61,664 nucleotides of DNA, filler included, from 9 parts of 9 records of this genome joined end to end with filler, not necessarily neighbours in it; one strand, 5' to 3'. Shown: positions 22,286-34,112, numbered from the whole stretch's first letter. The notes: generated from the letters alone by a model not told the origin. Translations and numbers: made by a program.

Positions 22286-22896
22286 GGTATGATTTAACCG
22301 GACTCACTAACCGCTTGATGACCTACCGTTGTGAGTTGCACACACTGGAGAAAAACCACCACTGTGCAGCAGCCATGCTTTCACTACTTCATAACGCCAT
22401 GCCCAAAGCCATGGGGCTCTCTCGAATGCTATCGGACTCTCTACTTAGGGAGTGTGAAAAGGTCGTGATCCATGGCGACTTTCAGTCGTCGAATGTCCTG
22501 GTGGATGAACAAGGTCAAATCAAAGCCTTTTTAGATCTGGACGATGCCCGGGAAGATCTCAGAATTTATGATATTTTCCAATTAGCACTCTACTGCGTTG
22601 AGCAAGGTTATGGTGCTGATGAGAATCAAAGTGATAGCAGAGCCCAAAGCTGGCATCAGTGCGTTCCTCTGATTATAGAAGCCTATGGCGGTGTCGAGCA
22701 GTTGAGTGAAGCGGAACTCAAAGCGTTTCCCGCTTTGGTTCAGATAAACTTCTTGCAAAAGCTGGGCGATGAACGACTCGATATTACCGATGGTCAAGCC
22801 GATGAAGCAGTAGTAAAACTCCAACGCGCCATGGCCAGCCTGGAAGAAGATACCCAAACCCTAACAGAGATCAGCGAGAAGCTGCTGGCGCAATAG
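22286..22896 (+). CDS. APH/homoserine-kinase-II family phosphotransferase (probably 5' truncated)
   Basis: Brenner motif IHGDFQSSNVL and FLDLDDA. Confidence 0.75.
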
Positions 22897-22940
22897 GGCT
22901 TCACGGCATAACAAGCTTTTGTTGCCTAACACTACTATCT

Positions 22941-23978
22941 GACCTTGTTTCCTAAACCGATTGAACTTTCAGCCCTTGCGTTGATCAGATCCTGAAACCA
23001 ACACAAAAGGAACCAGGTTCATGGCCAAGGCAAAGTACAAAGTTCATAACTGGAGTGACTACAACAAAGCACTAGTGAAACGTGGCTCAGTGACCTTCTG
23101 GCTCGACCAAGAAGCAATAGAGGCATGGCATGACTGTCAACCTAATGGTCAGCGAGGACGGGATAACAAGTTCAGCGATAAAGCGGTCACAGCAGCGCTA
23201 ATGATACAGGCTGTCTTTGGTTTAACGCTTCGTCAAACCCAAGGCTTTATCGATTCAATCTTTGAACTGATGGGCGTGGAGCTTTGCTCTCCTACTTATA
23301 GCTGCATCAGCAAACGAGCGAAAAGCGTTGAGGTTGATATTCGCCGCCCGAAAGGTGCTGTTGCTCATTTGGTCTTCGATGCCACCGGCCTAAAAGTTTA
23401 TGGCGAAGGTGAATGGAAGACGCGTAAGCACGGCAAGGAGAAACGTCGCACATGGCGGAAGCTGCACTTAGGCGTTGATGCTCAGAGCCATAGCATCATC
23501 TGTGCAGAGATGTCACTGGAGAGCGTCGGAGATAATCAGGCTTTGCCAAGTTTGCTTAGGCCCCTGCGTCGACAGATAGGAACAATTTACGCTGACGGGG
23601 CTTATGACACCAAGCAGTGCCATAAAGAGATAGCGAGAAAGAAAGCTAAGCCCTGTGTTCTCCCAGAAGTAATGCGGGTTATTGGGAAGATGGGCATCCG
23701 AGGAATGAGGCTGTCAGCGCTCTCAAAGAAGGCTCATTAGAGCAGTGGAAAGTCGAGAGTGGCTACAATTGGCGAAACAGCGATGTGGCGCTACAAGGCT
23801 CTAACGGGAGATAAGCATCGGCTTCGTAGCTACAACGCTCAGGTCGGCGAAGCGCTGGCCCGTGCGGCAGTGTTGAACAAAATGACCGCTTTAGGCATGC
23901 CAGTAAGCGAAATGGTTCGTTAATAGGAAGTTGGGTAAGGGAAACAGCGCCTTACCCAATGATTTGATCAACAAGGCC
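22941..23978 (+). mobile_element. IS5-family (IS903 group) insertion sequence, degenerate
   Basis: 1038 bp. Right end GATTTGATCAACAAGGCC resembles the IS903 IR; left end GACCTTGTTTCCTAAACC matches it at 12/18; transposase inside; no target duplication seen. Confidence 0.85.
23021..23923 (+). pseudogene. IS903-type DDE transposase, disrupted
   Basis: NWSDYNKALVKRGS, DATGLKVYGEGEW, RRTWRKLH, ADGAYD. Frameshift near 23662 and a second lesion near 23770 where the usual 'Y.RRS..ETAM' stretch is shortened; ends NKMTALGMP..*. Confidence 0.85.
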
Positions 23979-24019
23979 CTTTCGCAGCACTCGCTTTTTC
24001 ATCAAATTAGCCTGAAAGA

Positions 24020-24078
24020 AGTTTCCAACTTCAATGTCTCTAATCAACAGCTGATCAGAGACATTGAAGCAGGAAACT
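24020..24078. repeat. Long intergenic inverted repeat
   Basis: AGTTTCC-aa-CTTCAATGTCTCT ... AGAGACATTGAAG-ca-GGAAACT (7-bp and 13-bp perfect stems). Confidence 0.75.
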
Positions 24079-24445
24079 CTGGCAGCTTTCGTTAGCCTCG
24101 ATGAAGCAGTTGAAGTTGGAAACCGCCACGCAAAGAAAAAAACTCACTTTTGGACATAATTGTTTTGGCACTGTTAGCTAAGGTAACTTCTTCGGCTTTT
24201 TTCTTATCCGGACGCAATGACACATCAACCAGTTGTGAAGAAAAACTTCATTTAGTAGCAAAGAAAAGATCATAAATATCAACTAGCTTCCACACCCGAA
24301 AGACGCAGCCAGGATCATTTGCAGTACGCATCTCATCAAACAGCTTAAGCGTTTTAAAAGCTACCCCTTCTAAATCACGCAAGCGGGTATTGCTTGTTCT
24401 CGTTCGTTATTTTTCGTTAAAGAGTTCAAAAATTAAGGAACTACT

Positions 24446-27095
24446 ATGAGACTCCATGGATTAGCAATAGCCATTGCTTCATTGCTATCAACTCAGACCT
24501 ACGCCGATATTCTTATTTCAGAATATATTGAGGGTAGCTCGTACAATAAGGCCATTGAACTGGCAAACACTTCAAATACACCAGTAACGCTAACAGGTTA
24601 CACATTACAGAAATCAACTAACGGTGGTGGAAGCTGGACCCAGTCTATGTCTCTGGATGATGTCACCATTCCAGCAAATTCAGCTTTTGTTATTTCTCGT
24701 ACCGATGCCAATACAGCCATTCAAGCCGTAACCGATAAGTTTGAGACCTCCAAACAAGTCATTAACTTTAACGGTGACGATCCTGTGGGCCTCTTCTTGA
24801 ATGGTACGCTGATCGACATGGTTGGTGTAATGGGAGACATTAACTTTGGTAAAGATAAGACGCTGCTCGTCGCACTCTGGTACCAACAGCAAGCTATGAC
24901 AGCGGCCAGTGGGAAGTATTTACCAAAAACAATAGTGAAAACCTAGGATTTTTAGATGGTGCCGGTGATCAGCCTCCAGTTGAGGAGCCAGAACTCACCA
25001 AAGTAACCATTATGGAGATTCAGGGTAACTCCTGAGCTCACCTCTTATCGATTCAGGTTTTGAATCCGATGATAAGTTCCAAGTAGAAGGCATTATCACT
25101 GCCATTCAACCTAAACAACTGGGTAACGACATTAGTGTCGGCTTCTTTATTCAAGATGAAAATGGCGATAATGATCCTCTGACCTCAGATGCCCTTTTTG
25201 TCGAAGCCGATATCACAGGACTAAATACAGGTGATAAAGTCTTAGTCACTGGTAAGGTTTATGAAGATTTCGGCTGGACTTCCCTGATTCAAACACAGGT
25301 AGAAGTCTTAGGCTCTGGATTTGAGATTGCGGCTACGCCAATTCGCACTCTTGCCTCCGATGAGAGCTTCCGTGAAGCATTAGAGCGTCATGAAGGTATG
25401 CTGGTTCAGCTGGATCTGACGGCTAATCTTCGCGTAACCCGCACTTATGGCTTTGATTATGGCCCATATCGTAACAACATGGTGGTTGCACATGAGCGTG
25501 TAAACCTTCATCCGAATCAGCTGAACGCTCCCTCTTCTGACGAAGCCAAAGCACAAACATCCGAAAATAGAGATCGCCGAATCTTCGTTGAGAGCTTTGA
25601 AAAAGCTGCCAATGGAGTGGTGCCTTGGTACCCAGAGTTTGGTTTAACCGATATTGATCAAGACGGCTCCACTGAAGATTACATACGTATTGGCGATCTC
25701 GTTAATGGCTTAGAGGGCGTACTGGGTTACTCGTATTCAGAATTCCGACTTTATGTGACAAATGAAGCCGATCAAACGACTTTTGTGCGTCAGTCCAATG
25801 AGAGAACTCAAGCGCCAGAGCTTAAAGAGGGAGACCTTAAAGTCGCCACCTTTAACGTACTAAATTACTTTAACTCGCCATTTGGTGGTGCGGCTAACCC
25901 ATTGGGTCAGAATCGTGGTGCAACTAAGTTTGAAGACTTTGAGCTCCAGGCAGCCAAGATTGTCGCGGCATTAAAAGCCATGGATGCAGATATCATAGGC
26001 TTAATGGAAATTGAAAATAATGGCTTTGATAGCAACTCTGCCATTGTCGACTTAGTTACTCGCCTGAATACGGAGCTGACCGATAAGAAGCAATACAGCA
26101 TTGCTTGGGATGGTCAGATCACTCAAGTGGGCGGCGATGCCATCACCAACCAGGTCATTTACCGTCCATCAAAAGTGAGCATTGAGACCCTAAGAGTAAT
26201 TAAAATGCCAGAGCAGCATGCTCCTGCTGTGGATAGCGAAGATGGTAACAACTATCAACGCGATGCCATCACTCCGACCTTTAATATTAAGGGTACAGAT
26301 GAGCTGCTCACCATTGCGGTCAATCACTTTAAATCTAAAGGCTCTACCTGCTGGGAAGATGTTGCCTTACAAGGTGGCCAGGATCCCAACCTTCAGGGCT
26401 CTTGTGAACACTTGCGTGTCTCAGCTGCTTATCACTTAGGTGAATCCTTAGAAGCCCTGCCAGGACATAAGCTGATCATCGGCGATCTGAACGCCTACGG
26501 TAAAGAAGATGCTATTAGCGTTTTAACAAACCGCAAGCATTTGCCAGAGAGCTACGAAATTAAAGCCGCAAGAGATACCTGGGTGGGTGAGACACCACTT
26601 CACGGAGAAAATGGTGCCATTATCGAAGGCTCATATGACTACATCAATGTGGTTCAAGAGTTACATCCTGAAACCTATGGTTACTCATTTAACGATGAAG
26701 TGGGCACTCTGGATTACATCCTTGCCTCAGCTAGCTTAAGCGAACATGTTGTCGATGCCGCAGAGTGGAACATCAATGCCGTTGAGTCCAAGCTCTTTGT
26801 CTATTCACCTAAGTACACAGGTGACTTGCCGAAATATGCCGATGCATTTAGCTCCTCGGATCATGATCCAGCCCTTGTTGTGCTGAGCTTTGAAGCCGCT
26901 CAACCAGAGTTGCTCGGAGACTTAGACAGCGACCAAGACGTAGACCGTATGGACCTGAACCTTTTCTATCAGGGGATTCGTGCCCAAACCTTCACAGATA
27001 TGGCCTATGACTTTAATCAAGATGGTCAAATCAACCGATACGACCTTCGAGGCCTAATGTCACTTTGTACGCGTGCCCGTTGTGCAACCCATTAA
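24446..27095 (+). CDS. exeM: ExeM/NucH-family extracellular endonuclease (LTD + OB-fold + EEP) with a C-terminal dockerin-like domain; two apparent 1-nt deletions (near 24862 and 25034)
   Basis: Signal peptide; ISEYIEGSSYNKAIEL (lamin tail); GFFIQDENGDNDPLTSDALFV and LERHEGMLV (OB); ATFNVLNYFN, LMEIEN, NHFKSKG, GDLNAY, LDYIL, SSDHDP (EEP); then GDLDSDQDVDRMDL..DFNQDGQINRYDL. Confidence 0.9.
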
Positions 27096-27110
27096 TAAAC
27101 GGAGTTAAAC

Positions 27111-27620
27111 ATGAAATACATAATTGCACTCTTTACCCTAATGCTGACACTGCAGGCCAATGCCGCTCTAGTCAACTTAGAAGCAAGTGAGACTCACTAT
27201 AATGCGGGTGAGTTAATCTCGATTAGCCTGTTTGTCGACAATACCCAAGGTGATGTGGACAGCGTGTTTTATGACTTAAGCTTTAATGAGCTATTAGCCG
27301 ACTACCTTAGCTTTGATTTTTACCCGAACATTGATTTTGATGCCTTTGCGGTTGCAGATCTAAGTCTTGCTGCCAGCAATGTTCTTGAAGTCACAGCACT
27401 TTGGTTTGAAGACTTTGTGAACCCAGGCAGCTTCTTTACGCCCAGTGGAAAGTTTGAATTGGGTCAGGCTCATTTCCTTGCGACCTCTGATCTAACACTT
27501 GATACCAGCAAAGAAGGACTGTTCTCTTCAGCTGCAGATATCCCAGAGCCAGCTAGTCTGCTGATCATGCTTGCAGGCATAGCTCTTCTAGCACAACGCA
27601 GAATGAAAAAGAGCTTTTAA
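27111..27620 (+). CDS. PEP-CTERM protein with a putative cohesin-like beta domain
   Basis: Signal peptide ending ANA; C-terminal IPEPASLLIMLAGIALLAQRRMKK; central G..ISISLFV..FYDLSFN..L..ELGQAHF pattern. Confidence 0.8.
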   Translation: MKYIIALFTLMLTLQANAALVNLEASETHYNAGELISISLFVDNTQGDVDSVFYDLSFNELLADYLSFDFYPNIDFDAFAVADLSLAASNVLEVTALWFEDFVNPGSFFTPSGKFELGQAHFLATSDLTLDTSKEGLFSSAADIPEPASLLIMLAGIALLAQRRMKKSF

Positions 27621-27763
27621 GACCAATCAGTATCGATTCATGAGCTGTTGCTGGGGGGAAATTTTTCCCCCACTCCCAACAGGAGAGGCCGAATGAACTC
27701 ACCCCTACAACTCACTTGATACGAGGTTCGCTATAAGGCCGAAGTTTGATAAGAACTTTAATT

Positions 27764-27800
27764 AACCCCGCCACTGAAAAGTGGCGGGGTTTCTTTTTCT
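27764..27800 (+). terminator. Rho-independent terminator
   Basis: AACCCCGCCACT-GAAA-AGTGGCGGGGTT followed by TCTTTTTCT. Confidence 0.9.
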
Positions 27801-27983
27801 TGATTACTGATGAAGCTCTGTCATACCTTCCGTTGCCGGTCTCGCTCATCCGTACAACTCGATGTTCTTGCTGTTTCTGATATTGTTCACATCTCTGTCA
27901 CGCAATTGCCATTGAACTGTCTTGAATTTCCCTTGATATAGACCGCAGGTATTTCACCCTACAATCTTAATCAAGGAATTGAC

Positions 27984-28703
27984 ATGAAGGGCTTTAAGCA
28001 ACTGGCAATCGCTGGTTTGGTAACCGCAGCATTGGCAGGCTGTAACGACAGCGACGACAAGGCAATTAACGTCACCTTGTTGCATATGAACGACCATCAT
28101 TCTCACATCGCAGCTGATGATTTTGATTACGATGTTTCTGCTCTGAACCTCTCGGCAACTAATGAAGCAGGTCAAGCAATCGAAGAAGTTGAAGTCACAT
28201 ACGGTGGCTTTGCGATTATGAAAACCCTGTTCGATGAGATGACCGCATCGAGTGTTAACCCAATCAAAATTCACGCCGGTGATGCCATTACGGGCACGCT
28301 TTATTACAGCTTGTTTGAAGGCGAAGCAGATGCCGCCGTAATGAACGACATCTGTTTCGATGTGTTCGCTTTGGGTAATCACGAGTTCGATGATGGTGAC
28401 GTAGGCCTTGCCAAGTTCCTTGATTTTCTCAGTAGCGATAGTTGCGATACGCCAGTTCTGGCGGCCAATGTGGTACCGTCCTCTTCTTCCGCAATTGCCG
28501 AAGGGTACATTCAGCCTTACACCGTGATGCGCTTTCAAGGCGAAAAAGTTGGTCTGATCGGTATTGATATTGCCGACAAAACTAAGAATTCATCACAACC
28601 AGATGAAGGCACTGAATTCCTCAATGAAATGGCTACGGCGCAGCAATACATTGATGAATTGCGTGACGAAGGCGTTGCGCATTACCACGATGCAGATCAG
28701 TCA
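27984..28703 (+). CDS. 5'-nucleotidase / NAD nucleotidase (UshA/NadN-like) lipoprotein, 3' truncated
   Basis: Lipobox LAGC; LHMNDHHSH, HAGDAITGT, LGNHEFD, VLAANV. Confidence 0.9.
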
Positions 28704-28803
28704 NNNNNNNNNNNNNNNNNNNNNNNNNNNNNNNNNNNNNNNNNNNNTTAATTAATTAANNNNNNNNNNNNNNNNNNNNNNNNNNNNNNNNNNNNNNNNN
28801 NNN
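28704..28803. other. Artificial contig linker
   Basis: N44-TTAATTAATTAA-N44. Confidence 0.99.
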
Positions 28804-31166
28804 GCTGACGTGGCAGACGCGGGGACCAGAGGACACAGAAGGTGTGGTGACCTTTCATAGACCACCAGAAGAGATGGGCGTGTACGAGGTTCGTCTGGTA
28901 GCGGGTCGTCTGGTGTTTGAGACCAAGGCCGTCTCGGCTCCCATTCATCTCGTCCATCCCGGGTGTACGTCTTCCTCCTCCCTCTCATATGCTTTGACAC
29001 GTTGTGTGTATGATAGCGCTAGACGTAAATCCACTGATTCTTGTGCCTGGGGTGGGTGGATCGGTTCTTCATGCTCAGGATAAGGAGACAGGATCCGAGA
29101 AACGTGTATGGGTTGAGATGATCCGTACGTTACCTGCCACCTGGGTTCCTTGTCCGTGTTAACAATCCTGTTTAGCACACCCCGATCAAGACTTTCGATC
29201 GTATGTGCTGGGGACGTACAATGAGGAGACGGGATCGGTTGACTCTCTTGACCACAACATACGAATCACTTTTCCAACAGAGGAGAATGGCCTTAAGGTG
29301 CGCGCCCGCGCGTCCTCGAGGACGAGTGATGACCATGGTTTCAGGCGATTCGCGTGTTAGATCCAGAGTTGGAGGGTATACGCTCCGAGTGGACCGAGAC
29401 GGCCTTCTACTTTCACGATGCAGTTCACAGCTTCACCTTAAACGGGTGAGCATCCGAATATGTCACGACACACGGAATTGATCGTTCTTAATCCACAGAT
29501 ATGATGTTGGAGAGACGTTGTTTGGGTTTCCGTATGATTGGCGCCAGTCGAATGATTATCCAGACACTCAGACGCGGTTGGAAGAGGTGCTCTACCACAA
29601 ACAACTATACACTCCCAGTAGCTGAGAGTCCGTCTCCTAGCTGATTAATAATACCTTCGAGCGCACGCGGCGGCGTGTTGATCTTGTCTCGCATTCCATG
29701 GGAGGATTGGTTGTCGCTACGTATCTTGCTCGTCATTTCGCAGAGGCCACTCGTAAGGTGGGACTACTGTGGAAGATAGGGAAGACTCTTCTTATGTGTA
29801 CGTACAGGTTCGATCATGGGTTGCCATTGCCTGTCCGTTTCACGGAGGTGCGGGTCTTGTTTATCGGGCTTGGCTGCACGGCTACAACTTTGGGAATATT
29901 TTTGTACGCGATGAAACGGCCCATGTGCGTGTGTGTGTGTGCGTACGTGGATTAGAACTTAGTGCTCCGTATGTACAGTCCATGTCTCTTCAATCTCCGT
30001 CCACGTACCAACTTGCACCTGATCCCTCCTTCTTCTTGCCAAGTGTATCCTTCACACTGAACGGAGAAGAGAAATGTCTTTCCGGATATGATCTGGTTCC
30101 CGTCTTTGCGGAGGCCTTAAAGGTAGTTGGTCCAGTGAATGTCAACTCCCAACTCACTTATTGATGTTAGGACAACGTTGTGGAGGATGATGACGCTAAC
30201 ATTCCCATGCCATGGCTGACAACGCTTTGGGATCGCGCGCAAATCCTACGCCAAGAGTGGGAAACACTTGAGGCAAAGCTTGGGAGTGATGTGCAGGTGT
30301 GTGTGTTGGAGGGGGAGTGGGTGCCCGGCTGTGGCCAACAACACATTCCTGACACAGTCCACCTTCCTCTTTTTCAATTTGTTTGGACACGGGCTTGATA
30401 CCCCGTATGTATGGGGTGCTTACCCTTCTTACCCTCTCACGCCAGGACCGTAGATACAATTGCACCTTTGAAGATGATCTCTCGTCTCTCTCGGATCTTA
30501 CTGTGCAGAAAATCAGCGAAACATACGGTGCGCCGTGTTATGGTAAGACGATGACTCATTGGCGGAGGCATACTGTGCAGTGGATGGCGACGGTACTGTC
30601 CCCAGGACATCCGCGGCAGATCCATTTCTGAAAGCCACCTTGGATCTGTCGTTCGAGGGCGAGCATCAAGCTCTTGTCAAGAATGGCATGGTGTTATCGG
30701 TGCGTGTATGTGTCCCAACTTCCTTGTGGTCATGGTCCCTCTGCTCAGCGCATCCTGGAGATCTGTGCACCCTGTCCGCATGACTGCAATCAACATGGGG
30801 CATGTCACCAAGGCGTGTGCCGGTGTGAACAGGGCTTCTCTGGGGTGGATTGTGGAGGAGAAAAGGGTACGGCCGTACGCGGTTGTTCTGGTTGTGATGA
30901 CGCCGGTCTCCTTAGACATTCCAAGGAAGGCCAAGAGACGCGAGGATACTACCTCTGTTCTTACAATCAGTACGCGGAGATGCATCTCCCCCCACTGCTG
31001 CATTCTCGTAACCACCACCTCCTTCCTAGTATTGGCTGTTCTGGGGTCCTTCGCCCTGGCGGCTCTGGTCGGTGCACTGATCGTGAGCCGTGTCCGGCGG
31101 CGTAGTGCTACATCCAGACTTTATTCTCTTGATGAGGTGGGAGATATGGCCCTTTGTAACTTGTAG
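28804..31166 (+). CDS. Eukaryotic multi-exon LCAT-family phospholipase/acyltransferase with EGF-like domain and C-terminal TM (5' truncated)
   Basis: Exons encode PLILVPGVGGS, LFGFPYDWRQ, VSHSMGG, IACPFHG, DGDGTVP, CPHDCNQHGACHQGVCRCEQGFSGVDC and a hydrophobic helix followed by RRR; short GT-AG introns. Confidence 0.8.
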
Positions 31167-31187
31167 AATGGCCCATGTGTACAGAAA

Positions 31188-34112
31188 TCATTGGCCGTCT
31201 GTGAATTCACGGAGTGCCTGAACGTATGCATCGGGGGTTCCAAAGTGATAGCGGCGTCCCTCAACCATAAGTCCTCGTGCCTCGTGCTCGTGGCTGTAGG
31301 GCAGGGTAGGGTAGGGTAGGAATTAATTCACAGTGGGTGGCGAGGGGCGCACCGCACCGGAGACGTTCCAGTGCCAACGTCAACTGGAATTCCCCATGCT
31401 GTCGGACATTTTGCCGCTGCAACTCCTGGAGATAGTCGAAAATGTTAGGTGTCAGAACATACTGACCAAAGAGGGTGAGGAACCTAATCTCGTTCCGTGT
31501 CACGTAAGATCGCTCACAAGCCAACAACGTTTCACATACTCATCATCTGCCAATCCCGTTACGTGTAGATTGTTGCGTGCATACTCGGAGTTGGGTTTCT
31601 CCACAAACTCCGTCACCATTAACACCAAATCCTCGACCTCCCTGCCCAACGAATCTATATATCGGGCGTCCCAATGAACTCTTCACGCACCACACCCCCG
31701 TTACCGCTCCAAATAGGGGAAGCACTCTCTCAGGGGTCTTCTTAAGTCCCACCACACATCCGGCGTATTGCTGATACGCTGCTAGGAGTTGTCCCGCACA
31801 CGAAACGCCACAAGATGAACGATACACATGATCCCCCAACATCAAAAGGAAGGGTTCGTTTCCAATCGTGTCTCTGGAGAGGGATGGTCGTGTGTGTGTG
31901 CCTGCTCCGCTACGATTGTGTACATACCTCGCACAAAGAACAGCGTGCCCCAATCCTTCTTGCATCTTCTGAACAACAAAATGGACGTGGCGACCAATTT
32001 CCAACAAACGATCGGCGTAGTCCTGCGGGAAATGTGAAACACATACACACATATATACACATCAATCAATCGCGGTACTTTGAGATGTTTGGGCAAACGA
32101 TTCTTGTTTTCTGGTCGCAAGTGCTCTTGGAAAAAGAACTGAAAGGACGCCAGATCTTCTTGTTGCACAACAATCACAACGTCCTCAATTCCAGCATCCA
32201 ACGCCTGTGTTGAATGTCTCCTTCATCCATCTATCCATTTTATCGATCCACCCACCTCTTCCACCAGGAGCAGGAACGCAGGTTTGCAGATTCCATTCAC
32301 AACAAATGGGAAAAACTCCTGACAAGCGTGCGTTTTGTTGATCCATCAACCACTAAAGTAAGAGGTACCTTCTTTGTTGCCTTGGATGCAGGAAACACAT
32401 GAGCCCCAAATCCAGCGGCCGGGATGATTGCCTTGATTCCCTCTGCGTGTCAATGGCCCGATCCCCTAGTCCCATCTCACACCAACCTTGCGCACACGCC
32501 GCACAGGTTGAAGCGTCAGCTTCAGGGTGTCCATCTGCGTGCGCCTGAATGGAGAGTGGAAAACTCATGCCCACCACCAGCCAACCTTCAGATCCTCCTC
32601 AACAATTCGAACAACTTCCTCCTGATCTGCAGCACTCCGGGCCAAGATCTGTGCTGTTCCATCCCCTTGCGATCCCACACCCTTCGCTCCTGTACACACG
32701 AGAATGGGGGACGATCACCCTTCTGAAGCACACACCGAAGATGTGCGGCGCAAGGGCTGGATGATTGAGTAGAGAATGAAGCACAGGTGCGCACAATTCT
32801 TCTGGGCACGCAGGTGCCGCGAGTCTTTCCAGTATACCACGTACACCATATGAACAACGAGGCTGACGAGAACGAGAACGAACAGCCACATACCGATCAA
32901 ACTCACGCTGGGCTTGTACCATCAATGCTCCGAGTTCCTCGGCCACTAGTGCACGTGAGATCCCAAACGAATGGCTCGCGTCCGCACACCTTCTGCTTCC
33001 CCCTGTTCAAGCAAGACACTCGCCCTTTCCACTATTCGTTTGTTGATAGGCCCCAAGAGCTCCACAACTCCCCGCTCCACGTCATTTTGGGGTCGTGGAA
33101 AGCATCGATTGAGTGAGGCAAGAATTCTCATGGTATCCTTTGTTGCATGAAGGTCGACCTGGCGGTCAATCCGGCAGTCAGAGACGTTCAAATTCTTCAT
33201 CAATGCAGTGGGTACCACGACATAGTGAAGTGGTCGTTGAACACGAAGTTCTCGTGTATCCAGCAAATCTCCATCGAACCCCATGAGTACAGGACGACTC
33301 CCGAATGCACACGCCTGATCCATTCGTCCACATCGCTACAGATTCAATCTGTGTTCAGGAGGCGAAGAGGCTGCCTTGTGCGACAACCCACCGAGGGCGT
33401 GAGAATCTCGCCTTGATATGCCAATTCCATCTCTCCACGGATCGTGAGCTTCAGATCATAGACGCGATTGAAGGCACGCGCCGTCAATACGCAGATCGCT
33501 GCACTGTTCTACGCCATCAACAGGACGAACACCTCGACGACAGCCCCAGCACCTCGAACTAAGACCTTTCTTGATGGGTAGATCTGTCTTCCAGTTGTCG
33601 ATCGTCACTCCTCGCACCTTGTGTGCACGGAGTACCTTGATATGCATGCGTTGTTGGTATCGCAAGGCAGGTACGCCTCCCTCACAGCCGACCCCTACCT
33701 GATAGGCCACACCGGCTGCATAGGACCAAAATCCCCCTGCAGCAGCTTCCTTTCGAAGCAAGTCAGGGACCATGGGAATCGAATGCGGCCCAACACGATT
33801 TCCTGCGTTATCGGTCGACCTCAGAACGAGGGATGTTGGATGGGCGGACACCTAGCACAAGTGTCAGATGGGCAGAGGCCAACCACCAGGCGACGGACAC
33901 ACGAACACGAGCAGAGATGCCTTGGTCTGTTCCACATACCAAGCACAAACCCTTCTCAAAGGAGGAGTCAAAGCGACGATACCCTCCAGCCCAGTCGCTG
34001 TGCTCTCCGACTGCATGGATGGGTTGAGGGTCGTTATGTCTTGTCTCTCTCTCCACGTACACAGACAAATACGGCCTGGAACGAAGAGACTCAACGTGTG
34101 AGGTTCGGACAT
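31188..34112 (-). CDS. Eukaryotic multi-exon GHMP sugar kinase fused to a bacterial-type (GalU-like) nucleotidyltransferase
   Basis: Spliced exons: FVPGRICL..GEHSDWAGG, LPIKKGLSSSAA, CGRMDQ; then KAIIPAAGFGAHVFPASKATKKE, QEGLGHAV, FLLMLGDH, FGQYVLTP, GEFQLT, GRRYHFGTP..*; stop TGA at 31188. Confidence 0.8.

Noticed and set aside
25033-25035. In-frame TGA in exeM as selenocysteine or Trp recoding
   Set aside because: The coding frame also shifts here. Restoring one G (TGG AGC) gives a continuous GNSWSSPLI.
31297-31320. (TAGGG)n telomere-like or G-quadruplex tract
   Set aside because: Only about five units, internal to the contig, and it forms the pyrimidine-rich 3' end of an intron on the minus strand.
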